DNA of 63,833 nucleotides, the filler included, from Asterionella formosa (Eukaryota), in the NCBI GenBank assembly GCA_002256025.1. It is 20 parts of 20 records of this genome, joined end to end, with 100 filler letters (N's around TTAATTAATTAA, not from the genome) between each part and the next. Parts side by side here need not be neighbours in the genome. Positions count along the whole stretch, not along the records: positions 1 to 3,106 come from NKIB01014474.1; positions 3,207 to 6,312 come from NKIB01014475.1; positions 6,413 to 9,516 come from NKIB01014477.1; positions 9,617 to 12,719 come from NKIB01014478.1; positions 12,820 to 15,920 come from NKIB01014479.1; 15 more parts are not named here. One strand, 5' to 3'. Positions 1 through 12,942 of the stretch are shown piece after piece (the stretch's first letter is position 1; every line of letters starts with the position of its first letter). The notes beneath the pieces are model-generated. The model did not search any database. It worked only from the letters and a program-made list of their open reading frames with translations, and was not told where the DNA came from. The position numbers were made by a program, and so were the translations under genes.

Positions 1-1
1 T

Positions 2-268
2 TGTTGAAATTGCGTCCCGAAGCACTCTATGCTTTCTTGTATCCTGTAAGGACACGTCAGGGACCAAATAGGCTGTAGATATGAACAACGATGTCTCCGT
101 GATCGATTGTAATCGTTCCTAAGAGTTTTAAAAGAATTATGGGTTTTTACTGTTGACGTAGATTGTTTTCGAATTCTCTGGTACCATATTCTTTCTTGAT
201 TCATTCGATTCAATATGTAGTAGGTAATTCATACCGGGATTTTCTTTCCTAAAATATTTTCTCCAACA
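2..268 (-). mobile_element. 3' LTR (267 bp) of Ty1/copia family A
   Basis: On the minus strand it runs TGTTGG...TTCAACA, directly after the RNase H stop and a CAGCAGGAGTG polypurine-tract-like stretch (~269-279). Near-identical copies at 10716-10982 and 45727-46009, partial copy at 10205-10317. Confidence 0.93.
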
Positions 269-290
269 CACTCCTGCTGGACACGGATGC

Positions 291-3106
291 TCACTTTGAA
301 TTCATAATTTGCTGACGAAAATGAATAAATTTCGTTCCAACCAGTGGTTTCGTCATGTAGTCTGCTAACATTGCATCCGTTGGACAGTACTTGATTTGTA
401 CTTCCTTTCTTTCAATAAGATCAGTAATATAAAAATATTTGATGTTGAAATGTCGCGTGCGTTTTCCTGAACTTGCTTTTCCATTTGCTTCCAGTTTCAT
501 TGCACTAGTGTTGTCACGGTAAATGACATTTGTAGTCACCTTGTGTCCTTGTGCTTCAATAAATAATTTCGTCCACAACACCTTTGATATGATGTCATCG
601 AAACCAACCAACTCAGCTTCAGTCAAGCTTCTAGTGTTCACTTTCTGTTTCGTGGATATAGAACAAATAATTCCGTTTCCAAGTGACATTGTAGTAGCTC
701 CAGTGTGACTTTTAAAATCTTTGTGTACTGCAAACGCCGCATCAACGTACCATTCAATGCTCTGAGTGTCATCAGCACTCATAGATGCAACCTCATTTTG
801 AGTTGCTTTCAAGAAATTCATGATCTTGACTAAATTCGCCCAATCGCCTTCATTTGCTTCGATAGTTCGGGTCGCAAGAAATGCAATTCCTGGTTGAATG
901 TCCTGTCTTCCTCACTTACATAGGAACATTCCTTTCATAACAAAAGTATGAAACATTTTTGCTTTTTCATATTCAAGCTTCTTTGATTTCGAATCAACTG
1001 TGAACAATTTATCTGTCCATGGGAATTTTCCAACACCTTCAAGTTTGTCTGGAAAATCATCAATCATTGATTTCACATGTTTGGTCATGCCTACCCTCAA
1101 CACTCCTGGAAGAGAGTAATCTAGTGTCATCGCCAAATAATCATGCTTCTTTCCACGCATAACCTTGACTTCACCAATTTCGTCAGAAGCGTATTTCTTT
1201 TTGAGCCATTCCAAAAATTGATCATTCACTTTGCTGTCCACGTGACTAGATTTCAAATCGTCTACGTGCCAAGTAACTGTGTGCTGTTTGCCATTAACAA
1301 TGCGATTTGCAACACATGGATCATATGGGTTTACCTTGAATCCAATTGACTCAATATCCTTCCGAAATTTCTTGTAATATAATAATGATGACTGTAACAT
1401 GCCATATAATGCCTTGATCATCCTAACATATAGGATCTTGTTGTTCCCTTCATAAACAACATATTTTTCAGAAGTCTCAGGGCTGAGTTCTGTCAACATA
1501 TTGACAAGTAAACCTCTAATCTTCATAATGATTCACTCCCCTTTTTCTTTCTCATCGATATCCACTTGCACAAATGCATTGGGTATATCCGCAGTCATAA
1601 CATCGCGATTTTGCTTCGCATCAATTGTTGCTGTTATTATAACAGATGCAGTCATGGTAGTTGGACTAGCTGCTTCATCTCTTTCCATGTATTCACGTTG
1701 CGAGCTGCCATTGGCACATGCTCTGCCTTTAATGCTCTTGTCTCTCTTTTCATCCAAAAAATTTAGACTTTCCATTGCACGTCGCTTTTCGATATCGGTT
1801 AGGTCTTCAATCCTAATCGGTTCAAACACAACTCTATCATGTAGTTGTTTCATTTCCTTATAAGCAGCGTCTCTTCCTTTCTGGCCAAATTTCTTGAGGC
1901 CTTTCCTTAAGCTGTATGACTGAACAAAGTGAAATGCTTCTTTATCGATACACATCTCATTCATATAACACATTGTCTTTGCGATCACTTTCGCATTATC
2001 AGTCGTGTATTCTTCTCGACAGTGTGCTTGGGTATGCAAATGACTTTGGACCATAGTTAGTTTAGACGGTGGTCTTGAGACTCTTCCAGACCTTGTAGTT
2101 CTAACATTTGGTTCTGTGTCATCCTGAGTGCTTGGATTGATTTCTAACATTGACTTTTCATTTTCAGTTTCATTTGCTGGCTCTTCATCCTCATCTTGGA
2201 TTTCATCTGCATTCATTTCAGTATTATTCTCACTGTTGCCCTCAGGTTCAGGTTCATTCTCTTGAGTATTGTTGTTTAATTCAAGTAGTTCTGCTTCATA
2301 TATCTCATCCGGAGTCATTTCATCATAGTCTTCTTCTCCGAAAATTTCATCATTGCTTTCGTTGTCCTCACTAGCATCTTGATCTTCATAATCTTCATCT
2401 TGTGCATCTTTAAATGCTTCATTATCATAATCCACTTCTGCAATCCAAGCACTATCATAAATTAGTTGTCCTGTTCGATTTGATATCTTGAGACCATCTG
2501 GCATATTTTCCTGCACAGCAAGGGCGTGTACTTGATTCATGATTGCTGGGGTAAGTGGTAGAGGAGTAATTGTTTTTCTAGTGATCAATGAATTTGTAGG
2601 TAGGTGTAACAATTCATGACCTCCTTGCACATTGTCATTGTAGCTAGCGTAGAAAAATGCAATCTAGGCTGCGAGGTGCATTAGTTTTTGAAAACACAGG
2701 TTCTTCATGTGCTTGGACATAAGTGCCAAATGTATACTGGCAATGTCAAGCATAGTCCAGGTTTCGTTGATGTAGAATCATACGAGCACTGTAATACGGG
2801 GATATCCCGTTCTTTGCCGAAAAAAAATTCAGTTTCCTTGCAGATTCTGTCACTAGAATTTTAATCATCAGTCGTGGCAAATGTTTGAAAGGTAATCGAT
2901 GATAAGCTGCGCGCACGTGTTCTTTAATCACTCGATTATTTCGCTCCGCTTTGGGAACATGTTCTTGTGGGTTTGCGTAGTTCATAGTGACTTGAAATTC
3001 ATTGGAAATTTGTTCCATCAAAGGTCGAAACTCGTTGTCACAGTGGATTGTTGTAATTTTAAATCCTCCGGTATTATTAACACGGAATACTTGAATCAAA
3101 GCATCT
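291..3106 (-). pseudogene. Ty1/copia (CoDi-like) pol, family A: integrase C-part, RT, RNase H; disrupted
   Basis: Integrase ERNNRVIKE; RT KALYGMLQS and WHVDDLKSSH; RNase H YVDAAFAVH, TEAEL, KRTRHFNIKYF, ADYMTKPL. INT-RT-RH order is the copia order. In-frame TGA stops at 912, 1533 and 2746 and a frameshift near 2640. Confidence 0.93.
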
Positions 3107-3206
3107 NNNNNNNNNNNNNNNNNNNNNNNNNNNNNNNNNNNNNNNNNNNNTTAATTAATTAANNNNNNNNNNNNNNNNNNNNNNNNNNNNNNNNNNNNNN
3201 NNNNNN
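3107..3206. other. Artificial contig-joining spacer (first of 19)
   Basis: N44+TTAATTAATTAA+N44, giving stops in all six frames. The others start at 6313, 9517, 12720, 15921, 19122, 22322, 25521, 28716, 31911, 35105, 38299, 41492, 44685, 47881, 51074, 54259, 57449 and 60639. Confidence 0.99.
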
Positions 3207-4506
3207 TTATTGTCTGTGAAAGCCTTTGAAACAAAAAGCATGTCTCATTGATGTGGACATCATGATAGAAGTATCACAGAAACCAAACTGAATAGGGCCA
3301 AAATACTCATGATTTTTTGCCATGTCAGGATTCAACTGCAAATGATTGATGATAGCATAAGGCACATAATATAAAACGGTGTTTCTTGGTGTCAGAGATG
3401 GCTTCATCATCCCTTCTATCTCATTTGAATTGGAATAACTGAAAAGTATACTAACAAGGAGTCCAAGCTACTTGTTCTCCAATGTATGATAAGTTTGGTG
3501 CTGCTGGTAGGGTATTAACTTGACAGGTACTAGAATATCATCAGGTGAGGTTTTATTCCTCTCCCAATGCTTTTATTTCCTGGACAACACCTAGCAGGAT
3601 TCACTTCCTGCAGTCTAGTAACAAAATCTTGTGACATCAAATATTTTAGCCAAGCTAAAGTGAACACCTGAACTTAGTACTAGCAGGAGCCATCCATACC
3701 TTTTGCTGTTGCCATCAGCATACCTTTTGAGGTTTTGAAGGGAGCAATCAAGGATGTATTGATGTTGTCCTGTTAGTGTCAAATCCTTCTTCTTGTGCCT
3801 ATTGGTTGTCAAAGGGTCAGGGGCAATTTTTCCAGAGGGGATGGATTCTACGAAACCACGCACAGAGCTAAAAGCAAAAGAAGTCAAGCTCGACTGGCAC
3901 TATCTAGAAATGACTGAAAACATACATATACTGGTATTATTTACGCTAGGAATAATAATTAAAACATAGGAGTTATCATCGGAACTTTCACTGCATGAAC
4001 GAGCATACCAGAAAGTTTCCATGCAACTACCGGTATGCAGCAAGTGAGGGATTATGCAATAGCATCTAGTTTGTAATATACAAGTTATCAAAACGAGTAG
4101 TCTACTGGGTAAACGTACCCAGATTCTTCATTGGTGTTTTGTCCTCAATAAGAATTGGTGAAAAGAAGATATATAAATAGACAATAGGAATATTAGTATA
4201 AGTTGTGATGATCCTGAAGGTGGTTTGACTGGCTGATCGGCAAGCAGCAAGCCAGGTCGTACGAATACGGAACTTATCAAGCTGTTGTTGGAGGAAGAAT
4301 TTGCTGGACTACATACTGGCATGTACTTCCTATATGCTTGAGTGCCACATGACTCATTTGCCGAAATGTTTCAAGAATATAGATTCGTTGCAAATGCCAC
4401 CCTAATTATTGGAACGAACTAAACTCTAATAAAACAATTTTCTAAGTTTCTTAATGAATAAATCGCCACCTGCCAAGCCAGTCAAATACGAAGTTGTGTT
4501 CTTTGA

Positions 4507-6201
4507 TCAATGATAGTACGGTGGTTGTTGATGTTGCAAATACGGGTTGGTGGTACTCCCATGATGCATCATTTGCTGTGTCTGAATGATTGGCGGCATG
4601 CCCAAATTAGGAGGATACCCAGTCGCAGGTATTCCACTGCCAAGATGTGGATACATCATCATATTGGAATGCTCCCCGTAAATTGGATAATTTGGTGGTG
4701 GTGGCATCATGGTAGTGTGGTGTGGAATAGGTGATCGTGGAGGAGATCGGTTTAGCATGTCTCGTTTGAGTCGTTCTGCTTGACTTTTCAGCATTGTCAT
4801 GTGTCCAGATACTCCTACCTTGGCTCGAATGTAAAAGGCTGAATGTAGGAAGGAACAAACTCGTGACTGTAAATCTAGGGTCTGAGCATCTGGGTTCGGC
4901 CCTTCAAATGCAGGTACTTTTAGTTGCGTCAAAATGTTTTGCTGAATACAAAGAAGTTTTCGAAACTCCCAAGCAAGGTAACTGAGCAGTTGTTGGCGAC
5001 GAAGAACACATGCTTGTTGAAAGGCTGTTCGTTCTCCCTCATTCATTTGCTCAATTGCAGTAGCTGCTGCACCCGCCACTGACAATCTAGCCTCCAAGTT
5101 TGCTTCCAGTTGCCCCATATCCATGTTCAATTCCTTGTCGAGCTTGTCGATTGCCGTTGTCGCCTCCTTTTCTTTCAAGGCTGTCAACATCCAAAGGCCT
5201 CTGCAGGTCTCCAACATGACGGACCCGGATGATTCAAGTAAACGTTCAATGACAGCCAAAGCAAGCTCGCTTCCCAATAGATCCCGGCCCGTCGGATCTG
5301 ATAATTTCGGCGGAGATGGCGAAAATAGAGGTGGCTCTGGTGGCACTGCTGGAGCGTCTCCATCGCGTGCAATCCAAGCCGCTAACATTTCCGGTGGAAG
5401 CTCTGTGGTCAACCCCAAGAGTCCCGCCGTCTCAGCTTCCACAGCTTCCTTGGTGACAGCATACGTATTGTTCAGTAGATGCTGTTGCGGTGACTCCAAT
5501 CTCAGTTTCTTTTCCGGTCGTCCTTCGTCCCCGTGGCTTGTGACAGGTTCTGGTGCTGCGTGTAGAATCGCCAAATGTTCTTGCTCTACGGCATTTCTCA
5601 ATTCGTTCATTGTCAAGGATGGGTTTTGATTGGACGTCCGCATCAAGGCAAGGAATTCTTCCCATAGCAATGTGGCATCTTGTTCGTCAGTGACGGCAGG
5701 CGGAGGCCCAACCAACGCCCGTAGATAAACGTTTTGAGCTGTGCGCGGCTTGTCCCGTTCCTCCGCGAAGCGAGCGTACTCCAACCACACTCGGCCGACT
5801 GAGGATGCGACTGGATCGGAAACGGCTTTTTCGTATGTTTCCATGCATGTCCTGAACTATGTTTTGGTAGGGACGCGAAATAAAATACAAGAGTGCATGT
5901 GGAAATGAGGAACTGGAAAGACAGGAGCAAAGGGAACGAGAACAATCAATCCAGTACCAATGTGCAGAACAGGAGGGTCTCTCACCATTTTACTTGTTTT
6001 GTGAAAGTCTGCGTATCCCAACCAGAGCGTCGCAATCGCTTCTTTCATTTGATCAGGATCAATGGAGCCCTCTCTTGCATCGTCCGCCCAATCCAACAAG
6101 GCTGATTCGAACATCATGTGCGCTCCGTGCAAGTCCTGCTGTTCCCGTTTTGCTTCTGCTGCCAGCATGATGGCGTTGGGGTCGTATTTGGATGGATCCA
6201 T
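4507..6201 (-). CDS. HAT/TPR-like repeat protein with coiled coil and Pro/His/Gln-rich tail; 2 exons (6201-5986, 5856-4507)
   Basis: HAT-like motifs TLWLGYADF, VWLEYARFAEE, YLRAL, LLWEEFLAL. A GTGAG...ATAG intron at 5985-5857 joins the two ORFs in frame (TSKM|FRTCMETY). Confidence 0.78.
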
Positions 6202-6412
6202 GATGGTTACCTGGGATTGTTGTTGTTGATGATGTTGATGTTGATGTGGGTGTATATTTTGAGACAAGATAAATTATGAATTGTGATTGGGTTTTTTAAT
6301 CTGGTGCGGCCTNNNNNNNNNNNNNNNNNNNNNNNNNNNNNNNNNNNNNNNNNNNNTTAATTAATTAANNNNNNNNNNNNNNNNNNNNNNNNNNNNNNNN
6401 NNNNNNNNNNNN

Positions 6413-8706
6413 GACGACTTGTCCTTATGTAGACTCAAGTTATACCATTCTGTTACAGGATTTCTATTGTCGCCTTTCGAAGATCCAAACAAGTCATGCG
6501 ATATTTGGGTTCATGGTCTTGGTATGACAAAAGTTTATTTCCAGATTGGAATGATCATTGGTGATACAGAAGAGCACAACAAAATTTGCGGTCTCAGGGG
6601 TGGTAATGGATTATATCGACGATATGCTTGTTGTGATTGCCTGGTTTCAACTGAAGATGCTGATAATCCCGATATTGGATGTGAAAGTTGTAAAGTGTAG
6701 ACGTTAAAAAGTTTTTAAACAAATTTCTTAACAAAAATGCATATCCCGATGGAAAATTACCATGTATCCCACCTGAGTATTGTGTCTCCCAATCTAATGG
6801 CAAATAAGCAACAGCAAACGAGTGGTGCCATGTTATATCGCATAATCCTATTATGCCTGCACTAATAAATCATTTTTTGGTGGTGACTTAGAGGGATTAT
6901 TTGGTGCAACTCCATTTGAGGTTCTTCAACAATTACTACTTGGAATATTTAAGTAGCTACATTTTGGAATCATTGTACAATTATCGGACTTTCCTACTAA
7001 AGAATGGACATGTTTTTTGAAAGAAAGAAAATCTCCAGATATTCCAGAGAACATCTCTGATCAGAAACGTATCACTGAAACAACAGACACTGCTTTTCTT
7101 GATCAAGAGCAACCGAACAAACGGGCAAAGACCAAAACGAGTGACACACACACCAGTTACCAAAAATATCTACACTGGCAAAAATCAAGACCCAACACTT
7201 GTACCAGCACCAGAAATGCATTTTATACTTCGAACAAAGTGCTAGATATATCAATAGTCATTTGGAAAAGCAAAGCGATCGTGATATTCCAAAATTGTCA
7301 TACAGATCTGGGATGACGGCTTTCTCAAAAATGTCAGGGCGAGAAATTCCCGGATTATGTCTGTTAACTATTTTTTCAATGGGTGGAATGATGGGTTCAG
7401 AGAACATGCACCTAGAAAAGGATTTCACATTGCTGTTATGGTTATGTATATCTATCAATGACACTTTATTCATACCGCAGTATACATCAACATGTATTGA
7501 TATTTTAGAGGAAAGGGTTAAGAGATTTATGTCAGTTACGAAGATAATGATTGGTCCCCAACGAGAAATGATATCTCAAATTGGCTTACGAATGGCAAAA
7601 TTTCATGGAATGAAACATTACCCTCATCTGATTAGGAAGTTCGGATCTCCTCTTCATTTCTTTGGTGGATATTTGGAGTCTTTTTTGAAAGACAAATTGA
7701 AACGAGCGACCCAGTAAGCGTGTAAATGGACAATTACATCGATTAAAGCATGACATTTTGCTTAACAAGGCAGTTTTCCTTGGCACGTAAAATTGTTTTT
7801 GCAAGTGATACATTACATACAGAAAACAAACAAAAGAGGATGAGTACAGTAATACATATGAACGTAACTGAGGGTATTTCAACAGAAATTGATTCCGAGG
7901 GAATGATTCAGGATACAAGGATGTTGCCTAGTACGTCACTTGATAATTTGGGAATATCGCCCACCATTGTCCATTCACCATCCCTTCCTGTTAAAGCTCA
8001 ATTCTCTGCTCCATCATCAAATGGTCTATGGACTATAACAGGTGTCCCTAATAAGATTGGGCATGTATCACGGAGTAAGGATGTACCCTTGTCTCAATTG
8101 GTTCATCCTGATTTACCGAAGGCGGCCAACTACGTAAAGAGCATTGCGAATTCAGCAATAGAAATAGCAAAAACTAAAAGTCTTCAAGATGGGGTTCGGC
8201 CTGTTTCCATTTTAAGGATTGACTTTTATTATCATGTTAAAATTGAAAGTAACATTCCCAACCAAACTACTATTTTCAGATGCCATCCGAAATGGAATAA
8301 GGCCGATTCAAATGCAGGAATCTCTGGTAGTGAAGGGTTTGACTGGGTCGAAGTGAACTGGGAGAAGGGAGCAGATGGATCAAGTTCCTCCACAGTTCCG
8401 GCAAAACTACTTCTTTGGGGAAATGTTATTTTCTCCAACGCAACAACCATTCTCTTAGCGTGTATTTTTTCCTTGAAAAGTTCAACTGAAATGAAAATTC
8501 ATAAACGTTTGTTTTTCGCAAGAGGCGACACCTTATGCTATGATACAACTGAATTGAGCGTTGTTGAATTTCATAACATACTTTCGGCAGCATTTGTTGT
8601 ACCTGCTTTGAAACCACAGGAATCAAGGAAATCTCTGAAACCGCAAGAAGTTTTGGAACAGATACGGAAAGATACTTTTTATGTTGCCTTGCCTCCATGT
8701 CATTAA
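6413..8706 (+). pseudogene. Decayed Plavaka-like (CACTA-related) transposase
   Basis: Motifs in the expected order across frameshifts: IIGDTEEHNKICG..C..C..ADNP; GLFGATPFEVLQQLLLGIFK (~6893-6952); KQSDRDIPK; KFHGMKHY..IRKFGSPLHF; FRCHP..FDWVEVNW. Recognised from memory of the family, no HMM run. Confidence 0.68.
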
Positions 8707-9768
8707 TGGAAATCAATCGGGTGGGACCAAAAACTAACAAGCGAACGTTGATAAAGACACAAGAATAATATAAATGATAATGATAATATAGTTTCACATA
8801 TGCTAGTTAAGTTATTAGGAGGTTTTCACAAACTACAATGTCCTAAGGAATGATGATATTGGATGATTCCAATGGTCCATTATTTGTTCTTTGTCACTCC
8901 CAAAGAACCTAAGATGGTCCTTCTCGTTTCGTCCGGAATTATTCTTCTCCACTTTTTAACTGCAGTTCGATATGAGTCTGTAAACGTTTTCAATTTGACT
9001 CCAGAAGGGCTATCATCAGTTACAAAATTTGTTTTTCAACTTTTTGTCAATTTTTATGCATCCAGAAATGTGGCCAAGAGGTGCATGATTATACCATTTG
9101 AAGGGAACAACTTTTTCATTCATTTGTTGGATCATGGCTTTCACGTAGTAGACAACAATATCATCCTTCTTGAGAAAAGAATTGCAAGGAAGTGGTCCAA
9201 ATACTTTGTTCAACATTTTTAAATCTAAATAGGAGGTCAAAATTTTGTTAATACAAAATTGATGAACGGTGATTTCCAACTGAAACATATCCTCACGAGA
9301 ATTTGTCGTTGTCAAAGGCCAAACTGTTCCAAAATGAAAGTATGTTGACTTGGTTGGTGGGTCAGATTTCACAGATAACAAATCGTCTGTTCGATCTATT
9401 GCTACCACCTGACGTTTTAAAACGTTCCAGGACTCCATCTCCAAACGGAATTGTGCCCGGTTGCCAAGAAATTTGGTTTCGCCGTTCCTTTCTAATGCCC
9501 GGTTGCCAAGAAATTTNNNNNNNNNNNNNNNNNNNNNNNNNNNNNNNNNNNNNNNNNNNNTTAATTAATTAANNNNNNNNNNNNNNNNNNNNNNNNNNNN
9601 NNNNNNNNNNNNNNNNACTCCTTCGTGACAATAATTAACGTATCTTCCAAACTAAGTTCAAACCGTGCGTTTACTCCGTTTAGCGGTGGCTTACAGTTCA
9701 AAAGTCGTCATAGCGGTGGCTTACAGTTTTTAAGTGGTACCAGCGCAGTAACAGGTATAGGTATCATT

Positions 9769-9930
9769 GTCCAAAAATTCGACAAAATCGGCCTTTTCAA
9801 CGGTCTCCAAAATGTCGGAATCAGAATCACTAATCGCTGAAATGTCATCATCGGAATGGTATTCTTGTTCTAAAATATTTAGTCATAAAATCTCCTGTAC
9901 AAAAAATTCCATTGTAAGTGCCCGCTTCCA
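9769..9930 (-). repeat. Dispersed repeat, homologous to the interior (~40591-40753) of the TTAA-flanked element
   Basis: CCTTTTCAACGGTCTCCAAAATGTCGGAATCAGAATCA is the reverse complement of sequence at ~40693-40730; homology extends through TTCCATTGTAAGTG. Confidence 0.85.
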
Positions 9931-10005
9931 CATCTATAATAATATGATTAAGCAACATGAATTACTTAACTCCATTTGATTGGCAATGGTTTGCGCGGTC
10001 GTTCA

Positions 10006-10204
10006 ATTATCATGTTAAAATTGAAAGTATCGTTCCCAGCCAAGATACTATTTTCAGATGCCATCCGAAATGGAATAATGATTCAAATGCCGGAATCTCC
10101 TTTCGTCAATGGTTTGACTGGGTCGAAGTGAACTGGGAGAAAGGAGATGGATCAAGTTCCAACACAGTTCCTGCAAAACTACTTCTTTGGAGAAATGTTA
10201 TTTT
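10006..10204 (+). repeat. Second fragment of the Plavaka-like transposase 3' region (paralogue of ~8229-8432)
   Basis: YHVKIES..TIFRCHPKWN..FDWVEVNWEKG..TVPAKLLLW is shared at DNA and protein level. Confidence 0.9.
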
Positions 10205-10520
10205 CGATTCCAATCGATCACGGAGACATCGTTGTTATATCTACAGCCTATTTGGTCCCTGACGTGTCCTTACAGGATACAAGAAAGCATAGGGTGCTTC
10301 GGGACGCAATTTCAACAGTTTCAATAGAATTAGCCGGCCAGGAAGAGCCGTGATACCACAATCAACAACAGGTGGACCATTGAGAGTCCGGAGACAAGAT
10401 CTGAGGGTACCAGACCATCCAGAGTCTGAAGAAGTCGCACAGGGCGCATCATGAGTGGCAAAGGAAAGTTTACCAAGAAGACTCAAGCCAATGGCAAGTT
10501 ACAAGCCAAGGGAGGGAGCA
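10205..10520 (+). mobile_element. Family A copia 5' remnant: truncated LTR (to 10317), leader and probable gag start (ATG 10451)
   Basis: The last ~113 bp of the LTR end in TTCAACA and are followed by non-TSD sequence and ATG AGT GGC AAA GGA AAG (basic MSGKGKFTKK). The gag identity is inferred. Confidence 0.65.
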
Positions 10521-10715
10521 ATATTGCTTCTCACTCAATCAAGAAGTCAGTCAATGATTTAGGTAGTAACATGGCACTCTCTGGGACAAAGAATGCATGA
10601 TTGCGTTGCCATGTCAAGAGCAAAAGGTGGCCTTCTCCAGCATTTTAGGCTTCGAAATATTTGTTTTATGTCTTTGGTGCAATATTTCTCCCTGCATGTA
10701 GGCAGCCTTCGTTAA

Positions 10716-10982
10716 TGTTGGAGAAAATATTTTAGGAAAGAAAATCCCGGTATAAATTACCTACTACATATTAAATCGAATGAATCAAGAAAGAATATGG
10801 TACCAGAGAATTCGAAAACAATCTACGCCAACAGTAAAAAACCCATAATTCTATTAAAACTCTTAGGAACGATTCCAATCGATCACGGAGACATCGTTGT
10901 TATATCTACAGCCTATTTGGTCCCTGACGTGTCCTTACAGGATACAAGAAAGCATAGAGTGCTTCGGGACGCAATTTCAACA
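10716..10982 (+). mobile_element. Solo LTR, copia family A, with 5-bp TSD GTTAA
   Basis: GTTAA|TGTTGG...TTCAACA|GTTAA; near-identical to 2-268. Confidence 0.96.
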
Positions 10983-12942
10983 GTTAATTGTAGACTTCGG
11001 AATATCTGTGTAGGCTTTGTTGGTTTAATCTGTCTCCCCTGTCTGCTTCACTTCAACAGTCAGATGAAGACATATCTCCCTTAGTATCTGCGCGCTGTCT
11101 TTCCACTCAGATGTGTTCAGCGGCGGAGTGAGATAAAGTGAATATCCCCCCGTGCCATCTTCTTCTCCCAAGAATGAAGTGGCTGTTGGCGCAGTGAGAA
11201 ACAAAAGATTGATCAAGAAAAAACCCTTTTAGGCTCTTGTGGGCGTTGTGAGCGTCTGTTTATCCTCAGTACAGAGTTGCATGTGATGGTATGAGGCCAC
11301 AACCAGTCAGAGCATGTATCCAATGGGAGTGGGTAGTGAAGGCTTGCGGCCATGATGCACTGGTGGCAGCCTGCAACAACGCTGAAGTGCCGCTTTGGGC
11401 AGCAAAGGTCCACCGGAAACATACAGTGCACAATGTTTCAATACATTGACGATTAGTATGCAGCAACAATCGCTTCTGTAAGACGATGAAGTCATTCCCA
11501 GAAGTATAATGGATCCAAGGCAAAGGAGTGGTAAGATCTGAAAAATATTAAACAAAAAATAAACTAGCACTGAACATGTCATGATAAAGCATATGCTGCT
11601 GGACACAGAGAAATACACTTACCAAATGTTTACTTCTACTAATGTGTGCTCTATAAATTTATTACCTGCCCTGTTAGAAATACATACTGCTGGTAGCAGT
11701 AGGCAGCCTCCCATAAATCTATTCACTCAGTTCGGGCACATACATATGTTGGTCATGCGTGCTATGACCATACTATTGTTCCTGTTCACTATTGAATGAT
11801 GATACCAGAGGCACGCTCCAATGTTATGATCATAGCTTAATATAAATTATAATTTGATGGACTGCAATGGCTATATATCATTAGGCCTTCTCAAATGTGC
11901 ACAACCTGATGAAGTGACTACATTTGCTAGACCCATGCCATTGCAAGTGTGAAATGTAGACCAAGTAATTATAGAGAAACAAGCAACCACCATCTCTGGG
12001 GAGCACCTGATGGTAGGGGAGAATCCACTAGCTTAGCAACATGCTCATGCATTGGTGCAGGCATACATCACTAGTCAAGTATAATGTATTTGTGGCAAAG
12101 TGAAAATCCTACATTCTTCAGCTTTCGGTTCAGGAATTATCTCATGTAACTTATCATTGTACAAGGAGGAGACTGTGAAACTGTATACATCATATGATGA
12201 CCATGCATATTCCTCCTGCACCTGACCAAGATGGATCAGCCAATTTTCATTCCATTTTGAAAATAGCGATACAAGGTACTTCTATCATCTTTTTGCTTTC
12301 ATGTTCCCACATCGCTTTGAATTTTACTTTTACCCCAATTACCAGTAAGCAAATTCAATTTTACCACAGGCCACATTGGTCTATTTCATACCTTCATTCA
12401 ATCGAAATGAGCACAGTATTTAATGAATAAATATAAAGCTATAGATAGATACGGAGGTAATGCATTGAGTGTGGTTACATATTTTTAATTTTATTGTCTT
12501 TTACATGATGCTGTTGCGAAAGCAACTTGACAATTATACAACATTGATCTTTCTTTTTGCACTCTCTGTGTTACGAATAACTTGAGCGCCCTTCCTTCGC
12601 ATTTCATGTACATTTCAGTCCATGTGTACGTTTCCCTGTAACTACCTACGAAATCAGCGAGGTTGATCCTCCCCGCCGAGCAAAGTCCATTGGTGATCCA
12701 ACTTCACCATCATCACCCTNNNNNNNNNNNNNNNNNNNNNNNNNNNNNNNNNNNNNNNNNNNNTTAATTAATTAANNNNNNNNNNNNNNNNNNNNNNNNN
12801 NNNNNNNNNNNNNNNNNNNTTATATAAATGAATCGAATTAATACCAGCAGATGCTTGGTATTTTACTACTATCATGGAATTCTGGCCGCCTTAAGATATA
12901 AATTGAGTATGCATCTACACAAATCATCAGAGCAAAAAATGA

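Noticed and set aside
5123..5629. Long antisense ORFs (also e.g. 29619, 55024, 56035)
   Set aside because: Shadows of real coding sequence on the opposite strand.
11000..12430. Cys-rich ORF scraps
   Set aside because: Fragmented, with no family recognisable with confidence.
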